Positions 47,101-60,184 are shown, counted from the whole stretch's first letter. The stretch: 60,184 nucleotides of DNA, filler included, from Sphacelaria rigidula (GCA_964200075.2; 6 parts of 6 records of this genome joined end to end with filler, not necessarily neighbours in it), one strand, 5' to 3'. A program made the numbers and translations. Notes: generated from the sequence alone by a model not told the origin.

Positions 47101-48496
47101 TGTAAGCAGAGTCCGTGGTCGTACGTACACCACCCACAACGTTCAACATTTTCCTGACAAACCCAGCGGATCAAGGAGTCGGTGAAAGCCTCCCCTCCGT
47201 CGAGTAAACAAATGGAGTCAATTCAGACCATATTCCAGAGGGTGTGTGTTGAAACACACTACACGTACGCACCGCCGTGTACATACTTTTTTCTACATTT
47301 TTTGTTTTTTTTGCTTACTGTTGTACTTCAATTCTTACTCTCAATTATCTTTTCTCCTTCCTCGGGATGAGTTGGTGGGTCTCGAAGGAGTTATGCCATC
47401 TCTCCCACAGTCCAGACCCTCGTCAGTTTGGTTATTCATGTATTTGATTGGATGAAGCACTCCCGCTCTGCGTCGGCTCTCGGCAAATTTATATTCGCTG
47501 CTAGCAAGAGCACCATCTTCGTGCTTTCAATGTAGAAATCGCATTTTGCTTGGTTGAGCTCTCTCACCGCGAAGGTGGGTCAAAAATGATGCATGACCCG
47601 GATGACCTACCATGGGGGCCGAAGGGTATCCGCCTACGTGGCTGTCGGGACTTCAACTTTACAGCCATCCCTCATTGACTGTTGGTGTACCACCGCCTTC
47701 ATGGTTGTGTCGCACTCTGTTGTTGTGTGTCTGATATGTTGTCATGTTCCTCGTTCCCCCTCCCCCCTTCCGTCGCTGTCCCCCATGGTTTGATTTTGTC
47801 TCCCGTTTTTTTCCTGACACTTTTTGTTTTTTTGTTTGTTTTCCCCTGCTTCGTTTCCTTCTCTTTTTTTCGTCGAAAAAACAAAATGAAAACAATATTA
47901 ACACCATAATAAACGAGCCCAGCTTCGGAGGGAGTTCGAGCAGTTCGGCCCCATCAAGAACCTTCGTATGGTGAACGATGATGACGGCAAGCCGCGAGGG
48001 TGAGTGATCTCCATCATATATATTATATACTGTTTGTGTTGATGCAGTGTACCATGAGCATGTGATCCGTGCTCGTTATATTGGCATGCGCTGGGAAGGC
48101 GTGGTGCTATGATTTATAATGTATTACAACCGAATGTTTTTCTTAATATTTATATATGTATCATTTTTTTCATTCACTTTTCCTCGTTCTTGCTTTTTCT
48201 GTTAATCATCAAGATCTATCCGTTTGCGCTCATTTTTTTTATTCCTCTCTTCCGCACGTGTTCCGAACGTGAATTTTTTATTTCTCGTTCATTTTTCCAT
48301 TCCTCTCTTCCGCACGTATTTCAAACTTTTTTTTTTTTTCGTGCCGTCACTTCACGTCCCCGTCAGATACGCCTTCATTGAGTACGAAAATGAAGACGAC
48401 ATGCGAATCGCCTACAAGAGGGCGGACGGCCGCAAGATCGACGGCAGGCGTGTCGTGGTGGACGTGGAGCGCGGACGCACTGTGCGGGACTGGAAA
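44159..48496 (+). CDS. SNRNP70: U1 snRNP 70 kDa protein (exons 44159-44358, 46278-46403, 47923-47999, 48367-48496; start uncertain, RS-rich 3' exons outside contig)
   Basis: Phase-consistent exons give [121 protein letters not shown], which is the U1-70K N-domain plus its RRM. Confidence 0.95.
44955..45247 (-). mobile_element. tRNA-derived SINE copy (internal deletion) in a U1-70K intron
   Basis: Reverse complement of the head and tail of the 11789 element, with a (TGTGT)n tail. Confidence 0.85.
45262..45490. mobile_element. Two adjacent piggyBac-like MITEs (45262-45381 and about 45389-45490)
   Basis: CCCTTT...AAAGGG termini with ATAA/TTTA/TTGA flanks. The first has a ~40-bp TIR, and the second shares its terminus with the 17879 element. 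Confidence 0.65.
46470..46680 (+). repeat. Dispersed repeat; inverted homologue at about 52670-52870
   Basis: TTTGTTTTCGCCAATGTCG..CTTCATGC..CATCAGGCGCTG is shared with the reverse complement of the contig-6 copy. Confidence 0.7.
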
Positions 48497-50051
48497 GTGA
48501 GTCAGCCCAAAAAAGTTGTTGCAACGGTGATTTATGTTGGCGTCGAAGTGTATTACGCGCCGTACGTAACGCCTGAAACATTTATTTCTGTATTAGCGTG
48601 TCTCAGTTTCGTTTTTGTTGGGTACGTCTATGATGAGACCACGGCTGAACCCCTGGGGGGTCAGTTAAAGTGCGACAATTAATTAATACATCGTTGTCTC
48701 CGCATGTGCCGAAATTGTACAGTTCTGCTACGTTTTCACCCCTTCTTTTTCTTGTACGTCGAGGGTGTGCTTGTGCGGCGCGGGTACATACATCGTGTAC
48801 CGTACACGGGGCAGAGGTTTCCCGAAGGATGGGAGCCTTATGATGATTGGTCAAAATTGCTTTTTTGTCCTTTGAGCGCCAGAGTGAGTTATCTGGGTGT
48901 TGGCATTCATATTTCAAGTGCACGATGATGTCAAATCAACGGATGACCCACCCTCTGGTGGTCTAAGGAATGAAGTTACAGGTGCATAATCATGCGATGG
49001 TGTGAGCAGGGTTAAGGCGTACATGAGTTCCCACAGAGTTGGGGGTCTGGTTGAAAAGTCAGGATTGCCTGTGGAGCTTCAAGGGGGTGTCATGACCCAT
49101 TTCGGCCCCACCTGGGACCATTAGTTGCGGTAGCTAGCGGAATATAAAGGCAACGATGAAGCCAAACAGCACAAGATTAGAGTTCGTTCCTTAAAATCAG
49201 TTCACCCCTTAACTCCGCACAATGGGGATGATCGTACTACGTAGTGTTTATATGGTGAGACACCCATGAGGCAGTGTAGAAGCCGTGGCTGTCTCTGTAA
49301 GTGGCGATACCAGATGGTGAAGAAAGTCACTGTAGGCTGTCGTCCAAATGCAAGACAATCAGTAGGCCCCGGGCCGAACAATCTTGGCAGGATGCAGCTC
49401 ACCCTTCATGCGACTCGCCGAACACACCACGGCGCTTTGCGCTTGGTCATCGATTGCGAGCCTGGTTCGGCGACAATCCGGCGTGCTCCGTGCCGGTTTT
49501 GTAGGGATGCGAGGTCGATGGTCATGTGACTATGGCATGCATGGTTATGAGTACGCCCCCTTCCCCTGCACCATTTTGGTGTTTTGGTGCAGTGTTGACG
49601 AGTTTGCATCGCATATAGGAATGGTACGGGACGCATGGCAATTGTATTTGATATCTACGGTTCGAGTTGATCAAGCATTGCAGCAATAGAGACCCAGAGG
49701 GTGGCTCTTGTGGTCCCCGCTGCTTCCCCTCTCGGTTGTCATATGATAACGGCATACGTGATCATGAGAACACCTCCTCCCCCGCTCTGCTTTCAGAACT
49801 TAAGTATCATTGTCGGAAAGAGTATAACACGAAGCCATTATCCAGAGTTTGGCATTTTTATATCCTCAAAAATTCATCTCGCACTTTGAATTGTCCGGGT
49901 TTTCATGTCCAGAGGACCTACCACAATACTTGTTCCTGCATCATGAGAACCATGCAATTCTACAAATCAATCCATCAAAACCAAAAAGGTAAAGGTCATG
50001 CATGTTCTCCATGTTCTGAACGGCCATTTGTCCATGCGACGTACCCTCTGC

Positions 50052-50099
<48 letters not shown>

Positions 50100-50941
50100 A
50101 CCCCCCCCGCGCGCCCGCCCGCGCCCCACCCCCAGCACNNNNNNNNNNNNNNNNNNNNNNNNNNNNNNNNNNNNNNNNNNNNTTAATTAATTAANNNNNN
50201 NNNNNNNNNNNNNNNNNNNNNNNNNNNNNNNNNNNNNNAGATGGTCAACCTTCATGCTGTTGTTTACATGTCTAGGTTTTGGGTTTTATTATTGTCTGTG
50301 TCTGGGGGGGGGGAGGGGGGGGGATTTCGGGCCACTTATTTCACGAATTTCCAGATCACATCGTCGTCGAAAGCGGCAACGGTTGTTCGAACGAGCTTAG
50401 GATAGATATATAACGCTCATTCATACTGCTTGACACCGTTTTGAACCAAACACAAGCGCACCGCGAGTGTGGCATGTCGTCTGACACACCTCTGGGCCTC
50501 TTTATTCGTGCAATCAAATACCCCTCCCCCCTCCCCCCCCCTTGTAGGATGACTCTTACCCCGAAAGCGGGTTCGTGTGCCGGATGCCCGGAGGCTCGGC
50601 CAGACTGCCTCGCGGCAGTCATGTGGGATACGTGCCTCGAGCATTTGGGGAGCTTTGCTCAAGGAAAGCGTGGAAGTGAGCCCACTGAAGCCCCTAGTCA
50701 ACTGGCACAGTGCACGCGCTCAGCCTAGGAGAACAAGTAGTCCAGCAGTCGAATGCGCAGTGACGATTATCATTGCGATAAAATATTTCGCCACATGTCC
50801 ATGTGATGAAGGCACGATGCAGATGTGACCCGTGGTTTGGCACCACCACTTCACAACAACGTGCGCACATATAGTGCGTGAGGCTTCCATGATCAAGATA
50901 CACCTTTCGAAAATGAAATTGAACATTCAAGTGAGATTCGA

Positions 50942-51270
50942 CTCTAAAACAGTACTTTTCCTGACCTGAAACTCTGAAATATGACCTTCATATGGACATC
51001 CTCATGCCCCCCGACCTCCCCGAAAATATTTGAAGGTTTTGCCGTCTTCCGTTCCACCAAAGGGTATGTGCGAAATAACCTTTTTCCTCCGATTTTGGGG
51101 TGAAAAAAGGGATGCATTTTCGCCAGAAAATTGTGTGTTCGCACGTACCCTTTGAGGGAACGTAAGACGAGAGACTCCCGAAACTAGTTTCAGGGAGGTC
51201 AGGGGGTGTGAGGTTGTCCATGTGAAGGGCATGACGAATGACTTGAGGTCAGGAAAATCACTGGTTTGGG
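50942..51270. mobile_element. MITE with ~90-bp imperfect TIRs
   Basis: TTTTCCTGACCT..CCTTCATATGGACATCCTCA..GACCTCCC matches the reverse complement of 51190-51270. Confidence 0.75.
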
Positions 51271-51450
51271 GTTGAGCCTCATTCTAATGTTCAACAACAT
51301 CATTGTCGAAAATAATGTGTTGATACTTTCCCCGTGCGATGAAAGCGACGCCGACACAAGTTTCCCAAGTTTATTCGGGACAGTGCTCGACAGTCAAGAT
51401 TTATTTCACAACAAAAACCACCACCTGCGTATGTTAATCGGAACATATCG

Positions 51451-51453
<3 letters not shown>

Positions 51454-51539
<86 letters not shown>

Positions 51540-51540
51540 C
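51454..51540 (+). repeat. Compound microsatellite (CT)n(CA)n; others include (TGTGTA)n about 320-348 and (TG)n 37638-37688
   Basis: Read directly from the sequence. Confidence 0.95.
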
Positions 51541-51809
51541 CAGCCGATTCAATAAACCAAATATTTGCAAGATGGAAACCCAAGTCTGGTGTGGGTGTTA
51601 GTATCCGTTGCTGAACTGCACTATACAGTACTGTATCTGTATTCAGGTCATTGCGGCCCGTGTCTTCCATATGTTTTGCCGCACTGGCGGTGGAACCGAC
51701 GTAGTGCTTCACTCTCCACCACACTGCATCCACCATTTTCAACCGCGCACTCGCACACACGCACACATGGTAAAAAGGGCTAATACAGGATGTACTCAGA
51801 GAAACCCAC

Positions 51810-54800
51810 TTAGGGTTGGCTAGCGCAAGCTCCCCACGTACATATCACCACCCCGAGACTCGTCTTTCTCGTCGTGGCTTTTTTCGTCCGGAAAATGTTG
51901 ACCGAAAACTTCCACTTGTTTTTACTACTCCGATGCCCAAACTCCGCTCTCGTTCGTTGTGCTGCAACTGAATTGGTCGTTACAATACTGGTGGTGGTAG
52001 CACCGGTAGTGGCTGTCGTAGACGAGGTGGCCTTTTTAGCCGCAACTGTGCTAGAAGGAGGCCATAGCCACGAGGTGGCGCGGAATGCAGGCGCCTGGGA
52101 GATTTCAACGATGCAAATGATGAGAAATAAACACGGGGGGAAGCTTGCGAGTGTGCTGAGCGCAGAATCAATCGATAGTTGTAGTTGAACCCTCTCTCTA
52201 ATAACCATTATATCTCTAGAATAACAACTGTTTCTACTGACACAATGAATATTTGATTACATGCAGGGCAAGGACAGGGGCGTCGTTTGGCAAAATTCGT
52301 AACGTCGAGTAAGCGCATTATTGCAAGCGGCTTAGCAAGCACAGCCTTACATGGCAACGGGAAGGATGGACGACAGAAAAAAACCGTGTATTGTTACAGC
52401 AACACCATAGCAGATGTTGATGACTGAAGTACAATCGCTGTGACACGGTTTCATTTCTTAACCCTTCGTACTCCGTTTTGTGTCATGTCTTGACCCTTCG
52501 TACTTCGTTTTTCATCCCTCCCTTCCTCATTGAATAGCCCAATACTAGGGTCCTAAGAAACAAAGGCTGAAACTCTCCTGGAAACCCGACTTTTTTGCTC
52601 TCGAAAATAGTTGAACGATGTAAACTTTGCGGACGAACAGGGTCAATTATGCAGCTCTTCCAGATATGAAACTTTCAACGATATCCTTCCCCCCCCCCCC
52701 AAAAAAAACGGCCCAAAACTGTCACGAAGAAAACGATCGTCCAGCGCCTGATGTTTTTGGTTTCAGGATGCATGAAGTACCTCGTATGGGCGACATTGGC
52801 GAAAACAAACCCAAACGTTGGAATTGCAGGCTGCTCGTTGTGCCCGGTATTTTTCAGTCCCATTCATGTGCAAATTTTGCTCCACGTTTTGTGGGGGGGC
52901 TATCGTTGAAAGTGTCATGTGCCATGTTTTTATTTCGCGAAAGGTGGTTCTAAACATCTCGTGCTGCTCCGTAGCACGGCCCCGGAGAAATACGAAATGC
53001 AAGGTCCTTGTTTCTGTTCCTTCTCGACAAAACAACTCCTCCACAGCAACCCTCTGCTGAAAGTTCCCTTGATAACACAGCGAGAAGTTCTTTGCTCACA
53101 TGTCGTAAGAATTCGCGTACTCAGGCAGGCTTCGTTGTGTCTCACCCCTCCTTCTGGGAACAGCCGTTGCATATATGTCATCGTCGTCCACTACAAACGA
53201 TGATCATTCCTAGGCTAGTAAAGTGCAACAAAACGTGTATGATAAACAGGTACGAATAGTGGAGCCCCAACCGTAGCCATTCTTCTCTTTCCAAAGATTA
53301 CGTCTCTGATATGGCCGTCCGCCTGAGGCTGCTGCCGCAACAACTGCAATCATACAATATTCCCACTTACAACCGACTACAAAAAGTCCGACCCCCACCT
53401 TCAGTAGCATCTCTCTGATGCGATCCTCTTCCTGGGGTTGCCGATGATACAGGGGCACCCAGCCTCCGACAAGATCGTACGGCGTATCGCCGTATTTCGT
53501 CACGGCATTCTCGTCGGCCCCGCTACATACCAGCACCCTCGTTGCTTCGACGTGCCCAAACCCGGCGCTAAGGTGCAATGCGGTCATGGCATCAGAGTCC
53601 GGGGCCTCTAGCGCCTTCGTGACTTCAGTTGAGCCTGAAGACAGGACGCTGCACGGATTCAGGCATGAGCGATCCACGTCGTGGATACCATAGATTCGGT
53701 TCAGTCCTTGAAATAATTGTGTGCTGCAAAATCAAGCACTCGGTAAATGTAAAACCGCGCCTTCCGTCAGGGCGTTTTTTCTCTGCTGACGGTAGTGTAC
53801 CCTCTTGGGGCGTGGATGCAGATGATATCAGAGGAGGTAGCGCAGAGTACGTTGTTCTGAATGTTTTTCTCGTGCAGCAGGAAAATAGTGCTGCACTAAA
53901 TTTGAGAAGATGACTGTGAATAAGGTCTGATTGTGAACGCGGGGCCACTCTGAAAGCTGATGATGAATCACTTTCGCACAGTCGTCGTTGACAGTGTTGA
54001 AAGGCTGTACTGTTTATCTCAAGCGTGTTTTGCTTACGCATCGCGTAGGGTCCATATACTGAGCCACTCTCTTGAGCATATAAGGTGGTTATACACCACA
54101 AGAGCATTACAATTTCCCCGGGGAACTGAAACAATACTTCGGAGCACGTAGTAGCGACCAAAAACATTATCAATCCAAGCTCATATTGATAGAAAATGAC
54201 GATTACTATCTTTATCTGTGTGTGGTGGATGACGGTTGACGTTTGATTATTAAAAAAGAGTAGACGAACCTATATCATGCTTGGCGGTACTCCTTCGTAA
54301 ACAGAGAGCACGTTAAGAAATCTCATTCAGTCAACCCCGATATCCCAAGCTTCTATTCTCTCGCTTCTAATGATTGAAGTGTCTTACATGCAACGAATTC
54401 ATGCCAAAGGCGACTTGTTGAATCGTACAGACCTCAAGGAGCCAGCGACAAACGGACGACTACAAAAAAACCTTTGCGATAAAACAGCTATAAAAGCACA
54501 GGATAAACTAACTACCACTTATGTAAGATCGTGTGAACGTGCGCTACCCGTGGAAGGTTTGGTAATCAGGGTGCAGTTGAGTAATCGATAGCGCCAAAAC
54601 CTTGATCTCAAAAATGAACATAGACCTATTTCACTGCCCATCTAGCTCCTCCTCTTTCCCGTCACACCTGCAACTCTCCTTTCTTCCTCGCGAGGAGTCC
54701 GCGGTGTCAAGGGATCCATCCATATCTCCCCGTAGATACCCTACACTTTGGTATCGCGTAGTGTTTGGAGACTTCTGCACCTCGTCGAACCTCGTCAAAC

Positions 54801-57800
54801 ACACCATTTTTTGCTATTCATGTCCCCACACTTCCAACGACAGAAATCAGATTGTCCTATGAAACGAATCACTTGCACGTACCTGTAATCGACCCGCATT
54901 CTTTGAACGTGATCGATTGAAGTAGTTGTACCAACCAGATCATCGGTATGCGATAGCGACAACGCAATGAACAAATATCAAGCGACTTTGGAAACAAACG
55001 TCAACTGTGAACCCACGCAGCGCATACATCGCAGCGTAACTTTTCGGCGTGAAACACGAACGCTGACCGCATCCAAAACACACCCTTTCGGTAATGGAAC
55101 ACGGGGACAAGGCACCAAAACCAGGATCCGTCCATACCAATCCTTCTACATAGATATGTACTAGCAAAGACAAGTCCCAGCACCCTCAGGTATCGATCGT
55201 ACAACTACTGTAGCTGCTTCGACCTATATTTACAGCATGTGCATTACATTCAGCACATCAGTACGCATGCATACGTCTATGCAACATCATCCGACTACCC
55301 TCTAAGTCAGACGTAACTCACCTGCGGTTTCCCGGCCGGCGCTCTTCATGCATGTTGGAAATTTGTTTGCCTCGACTGGCAGCAGTAGCAGTCACCATCC
55401 CACCGTAGCCTGGAGCATGCGTCACCATTGCGCTTTTCAAGTTGTTGATCTTTGGCTTCTCCATGACGTCAAGTGAGGTATCCTGGCCACGCAGTCTCTT
55501 GGGTTCATCTCGGCCTCCTTGCGGGCGTTGTCCCGCTCTCTGCAATTGTGATAATCCGATTCCTCTGCGGGCATTATCCTGGTAACTGAAACGCACCTCA
55601 CATCGCTGTCATCCAGCGGAGGTGGCATCCAGCGGAGGTGGCATCCAGCGGAGGTGGCATCCAGCGGAGGTGAATGGACAGGTACCGGGCCGGGATGTTG
55701 ACGGACGGTATGAAATCGCAACGCTTGCCTTTCTTTTCCCACCACATGTACAACGAGGTGCATTTGAATTGGGAATTTTCGGTTGAAGGCGAATATGTTT
55801 CATTTTCGTACCCTCACTGGGCAAGGTGAACGTTTGATCCTCAAACGTCGAGATCGGGACATGATAGTATCTAGCCCCAAATTCCGGAACAAAAAACGTT
55901 TCCACGATGGATATCAAACGACGCACGGGTTGTCGGGGATCCTGCGCCTACACAGTCTCAGTTGCTGACTGTTCGATATCTTCCTTCGATCGAACCAGTG
56001 ATAATCGTTGCAGTGAACGGTCCTCTAGTATATTTTTTCAATTTGTAGCTATTCATAACGCCAAAGCTTAACACTATGTTGTGTGGTCGAAAACGGTCAA
56101 CCACACCGTCCCGAGCACTGCCGTCTTACCCCGTGCTCGTCCGATAACACAGAATAGGGAATTATGCCTGATCATGACCTGATGGTTTTACCAATATTTA
56201 CCGGCCATGACACTTTCGAGTGGTGCTAAAAAATAGTATGCGAGGCATCCCCAATTACGCAATATCCCAATTCAGATGCACCGTACTGAACTCTTCGGGA
56301 ACAAAACGGTCCCAACCATGAACCGCACACAGTCTATCTCGTTTTGAACCATTCGGGAGGCCAAGCTTTGACGACCTTGTTTTCCTACTCGTACTTCTCC
56401 TTGTCCTGCACCACAGGCGGGGGCATGTAGGAGCTCATGATATAGGGTGTACTCCCGCAAATATTAATCTTGTACGAGTGTTCCTGAGATATTCACCTTC
56501 CGTTTACGAGTCTGATCAAACGAGCGCTTGTGAAGGAATGCAGTCCGCGAGTACATCTGCAAATACTATCAGGGACGTCTCAACAACACGAATCCTGATG
56601 GAACTCGTAAAGCTAGGTATTTAGGAGGTTCCCCCTCCGTGGATGCATCGCACGGTGTAAGCATGTGACGAGGTTCCTGCGGTAGACACCACACAAACTG
56701 CACCTTGCTCTCCAGGGATTTTAGCATTTCCTCAAGAACCACCGAGTATCCACCGGCGGCCGCATGATGCAGTGGCGAGCAAAATTCGGCGTCGGGCACG
56801 GTGGGCATGGCACCCGCGGCAAGCAATACTTTAGCGGTAGAGAGCGCGCCATTCTGCGCTGCCAAGTGGAGGGGAGACATCCGCGTGCCCCAATCGTTTC
56901 TTCCAGTCGCGTCGGCACCCACTTCAATAAATTTCGTTGTTGTTTCTGTGCTTTTTGACGGCAGCGTAGAGGTGGGGGGCACACGACCACGACAAACGAT
57001 GCATGAAATTTGAGCATAGAAGAAAGCTTGCGCGAGGGACATGAAACATGCAATCGCGGACTTCGAGATGACAGCGTGGAACTTGGGGCCAACTTCTGAG
57101 TACCGGCGACATGCACGAGGCTTGGGTTCAAATGCATTTCAACTACGGGAGCCAACATTTTCACATCTGTCCCCGTTTGAGCTTTTACCCGCGCCCATTT
57201 CCGATGGCCTTGAAAAGAAGGGAGGGCGAACATATCTACCGATGAAAGATGTCTTGACGAAATACGTAGCGCAATTTCATGGTAAAGCTTTCGTCAAAAC
57301 ACTGTGGAGTTATATGCGCAACGACGGCCCCCCCGTGCAGCAAGCGCCCTGGTTCCAGGCGTGGTCATAGTTCGAAACATGTAAATATCGGTGAGGCCGT
57401 CGCTTGCTTCTCGGACCCTTGGACCAGTCAAGACAAGTCAATCAGCGAGATTGGCTTCCATGCCATTACACCGGCAGACGGTGTTTTCAACACGTCTTGG
57501 TGCGCAGCTACCACGAGTACGGCATCTAATGCACCACGCAGCAACAACATCCAGTCATATAAAGGCGCCACATATTTGGCGCAGACTAGCGCCTTCCATC
57601 GCGTCGGGGAGGGCGAGAACTACACGCCAAAAACACCAATAGCGACGGGTGGGCAGCAAAACAGAGTGGACGACCAGAGAAAGACATGAAAGGAGGTGCG
57701 TCTCTCTTTTCGTCAGTGCGACTGTCGAAAATGTGATCCTCTCCTTGGTTTCCGTGCAGCACGCACTTGTTTCGCGATAGCTTACATCGTCAAAAAATGA

Positions 57801-59905
57801 AGAGGTTCTCGATAGTAGCGTTCCTGTCCCAATGTGGATCAACAGGAATCTTGTCACCGGGTGAGGCCCACCAACCCTCACCCGCTTGCAGCTGGTATCC
57901 CTTCCGGGAGATAATAACACAACCACATTTTAAACGAAAACACGGGTTGTACAACTGCATAAATACAGTTTTCGGAGTGCGTGTGTTGTAGGTTTTCACA
58001 CAGACCGTCACTTGCCTTCCTGATCGCTTGCAGCAGCAAGGTGTAGAGCGGTGCAGGACATGTGCTTCCGTGCGGCAACGTCTGCTCCGGCGTGAAGCAA
58101 CGCGTTGATCACGCCGTGGTGATGCTTGCGCCTCGAGCACGCCAGGGTAAGAGCTGTCTCACCAAACTCGTCTACTGCGTCAATCTCCGCGTTGTGGTTC
58201 AGCAAGATATTTACAGCTTTCATCTGGTCGTGCGTACGATCGAGCTAATATATTGGCCGGTGCAGCCTGCTATGATACTACTATGTCCATTGTATTAGTA
58301 TGCAGTCAGTCTGTCTACACATCATGTTCCAAGTATATCCTGGCTACGTACTCTGCACGGAACGGTCGGTGAGCAAGAGCTCGGCCTTCGTAGAACAATC
58401 GTTGGTATCGAGAAATGTGCATATGTAGACCATAGATCAGAGACAAACTCGTTGCATACGCTGGGGCCAAAACAGCTTTCCCTACATTCCGTCGTTTTGT
58501 TTGTCGTACGATGTTGTATTTTGCAACTCTGTTCGGCAGGTGGCGGTGCTGCTTTAGACACGGCGACATCCATATGTGGACATATTGCCCCACGCTCGCC
58601 ACAACTCTGCAGCATATACCACTCGTGTGCCCACCCGCATGCCCGCCTGTGTCGTGGCATTGTGTGAGTGCCTGTCCGCGTGTTCGCTTGTCTGTCAATC
58701 TTGCGGTCTGTCGTTTTTTATCCGTTGATATGTCTGCCCTCCTAGGTGTTCATTCAAGAATGCTCTCGGGGGTGTCAAATGAGCCGAAAAACGCAGAACA
58801 AATAGGGGCGCGGCATAAACATGGGAAGCGACGGGATGACATGTGCAGGTTTTTAAACACATACTGGGACACTCGAAAACCTGTCCTCTCTTCGCGGCTA
58901 GCATAAGGGGGGTCATGCCAGAGACGGTGCGCGCATTCACAGCCCTCCTGTTGGCACTCCTGACAAGCATCTGCACAACCGAAGGACGGCCAACCCCGGC
59001 GGCAATGTGCAAAGCTGTCCCACCGTTCTCGTTGGGAGTCGAGCGGGTAGCCCCTGCACACAGATATTTGATGACGTTTTTACCAACGGGGGAAGGGGGG
59101 GGGGGGCGTCAAAACAATCCACACCTTGAGCCCATTGCTCGTTTGCCTACAACGAACCGTTGGTACCGTCTGTCCAACTTTCGCTACTAGTAACGCTCAA
59201 GACGAGGGTATGAACAAATGTCTCAGCTTCAAGCGCACCATACAGGCGACCCGACGACCGGATGGAAACTAGTTTACACTTGTTGCTGAGATCATTCCAG
59301 GAGATATTTTCACCGTATCATGTTTCCTAGTAATACCACATGGCTTGCCTTGTTTGAGGAGTGCCTGAACAACCGGCGGTTGCTCCTCGACTATCGCCAA
59401 GACCAATGCCGAGTCTCCGCGCTTATCGATCGCATTAATTTCGTTGCCACCCCCTGGGCGGGGGGCACATAACACAGGAGCGCGTCGGGTTCGTGAGAGG
59501 ACGAGACGTACAAGTGTGAACGGAAAACACCAACATACAGTGAATGGCTAGGAACCGAAAGTGGGCTGCCATCTACTCACAATCCATCGCATATATGTAA
59601 CGGATACTGTACATGAGCTTATGCGTTCTTCACAGCATCCTCTTTTTCACAGTAAGCATGAGCGCGTTACTTTCTTCACCTCGAACGAGCGCCAGGGATG
59701 ATGCCTCGCTGTCGGTTAGGATAGCCTGATGCAGGGGAAGGCATCCGTGTCCATCCACCGCGGTACGGTCAGCTCCAGCCGTAATGAGGGCGGCAATGAC
59801 TTCCAAGTTTGAATCCTTGCCCCCGCCTGTGGCCGCGATATGAAGTGGGGTGATATTCCCCAGTACCGTTTTGCGGTTTACGTCGGCGCCCGCTTGGAGT
59901 AATAT
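51810..59905 (-). CDS. Ankyrin-repeat protein, 3' part (confident exons 59905-59680, 59453-59349, 59053-58881, 58223-58016, 56945-56704, 53634-53399, and 52094 to about 51810; unresolved exons between 56704 and 53634)
   Basis: Exons splice in phase and in ankyrin register: AGADVNRKTVLGNITPLHIAA, GADRTAVDGHGCLPLHQA, GDSALVLA, GGTALHIAA, GMTPLMLAA, GETALTLAC, CTALHLAA, MSPLHLAA, CSPLHHAA, MTALHLSAGFGH. The C-terminal region reads IREMLLK|APAFRATSWLWP. Confidence 0.88.
55610..55671 (+). repeat. 16-bp tandem repeat, 4 copies (CATCCAGCGGAGGTGG)
   Basis: Read directly from the sequence. Confidence 0.95.
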
Positions 59906-60149
59906 CTAAATATTTGACAAGCAGTGCAAAAAGGAAACAAATGACCGGGTACTGTCTGCTCAAGTTAACTATCAATGCAGCATGAGTTTTATTTTGGAGG
60001 TATCTTTAACTCAACATTCTGTGCGGCTGTATTCATAACTGCCTGGTCCGCGTCGGCGTTGCAACAAGAACACGGTCATGTCGTCAGCATAAATCAGTCA
60101 CCGGTTGACACTAAACGAAAATAGTTGGGGCGATTAGGTCCACTGAACA

Positions 60150-60181
<32 letters not shown>

Positions 60182-60184
60182 CCC

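Noticed and set aside
16172..59905. F-box + TPR + ankyrin 'immune or ubiquitin gene cluster'
   Set aside because: The genes lie on different, artificially joined contigs.
60065..60100. Minus-strand LIYADDMTVFL (RT-like YADD motif)
   Set aside because: It is too short and has no flanking RT motifs, so chance cannot be excluded.

Overview
This is eukaryotic, intron-rich DNA. A brown alga is the most likely source, inferred from a bipartite plastid-targeting leader, a nuclear ClpR gene, long TE-filled introns and RTE-type LINE relics. The window is not contiguous: it is six contigs of 9949, 9948, 9947, 9947, 9947 and 9946 bp joined by 100-bp N linkers containing TTAATTAATTAA, so adjacency across linkers is meaningless. 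Hand-assembled, phase-checked partial genes are: the 3' end of a non-catalytic ClpR (+), exon 1 of a plastid-targeted FAD oxidoreductase of probable carotenoid isomerase/desaturase type (+), exon 1 of an F-box protein with FBXO31-like motifs (-), a multi-exon TPR protein (+), U1-70K/SNRNP70 (+), and an ankyrin-repeat protein with two probable GC-AG introns (-). The rest is repeats: a tRNA-derived SINE family (four long copies and one truncated), LINE RT relics, candidate LTRs, piggyBac-, Harbinger- and foldback-type MITEs, a decayed piggyBac-like transposase, and mini- and microsatellites. The most unusual structure is a 624-bp near-perfect hairpin (7548-8171) built from an inverted duplication of a retroelement-like leader/gag region, apparently inside an intron. 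It is a candidate hairpin-RNA/siRNA locus. No CRISPR array or true tRNA/rRNA gene was found.
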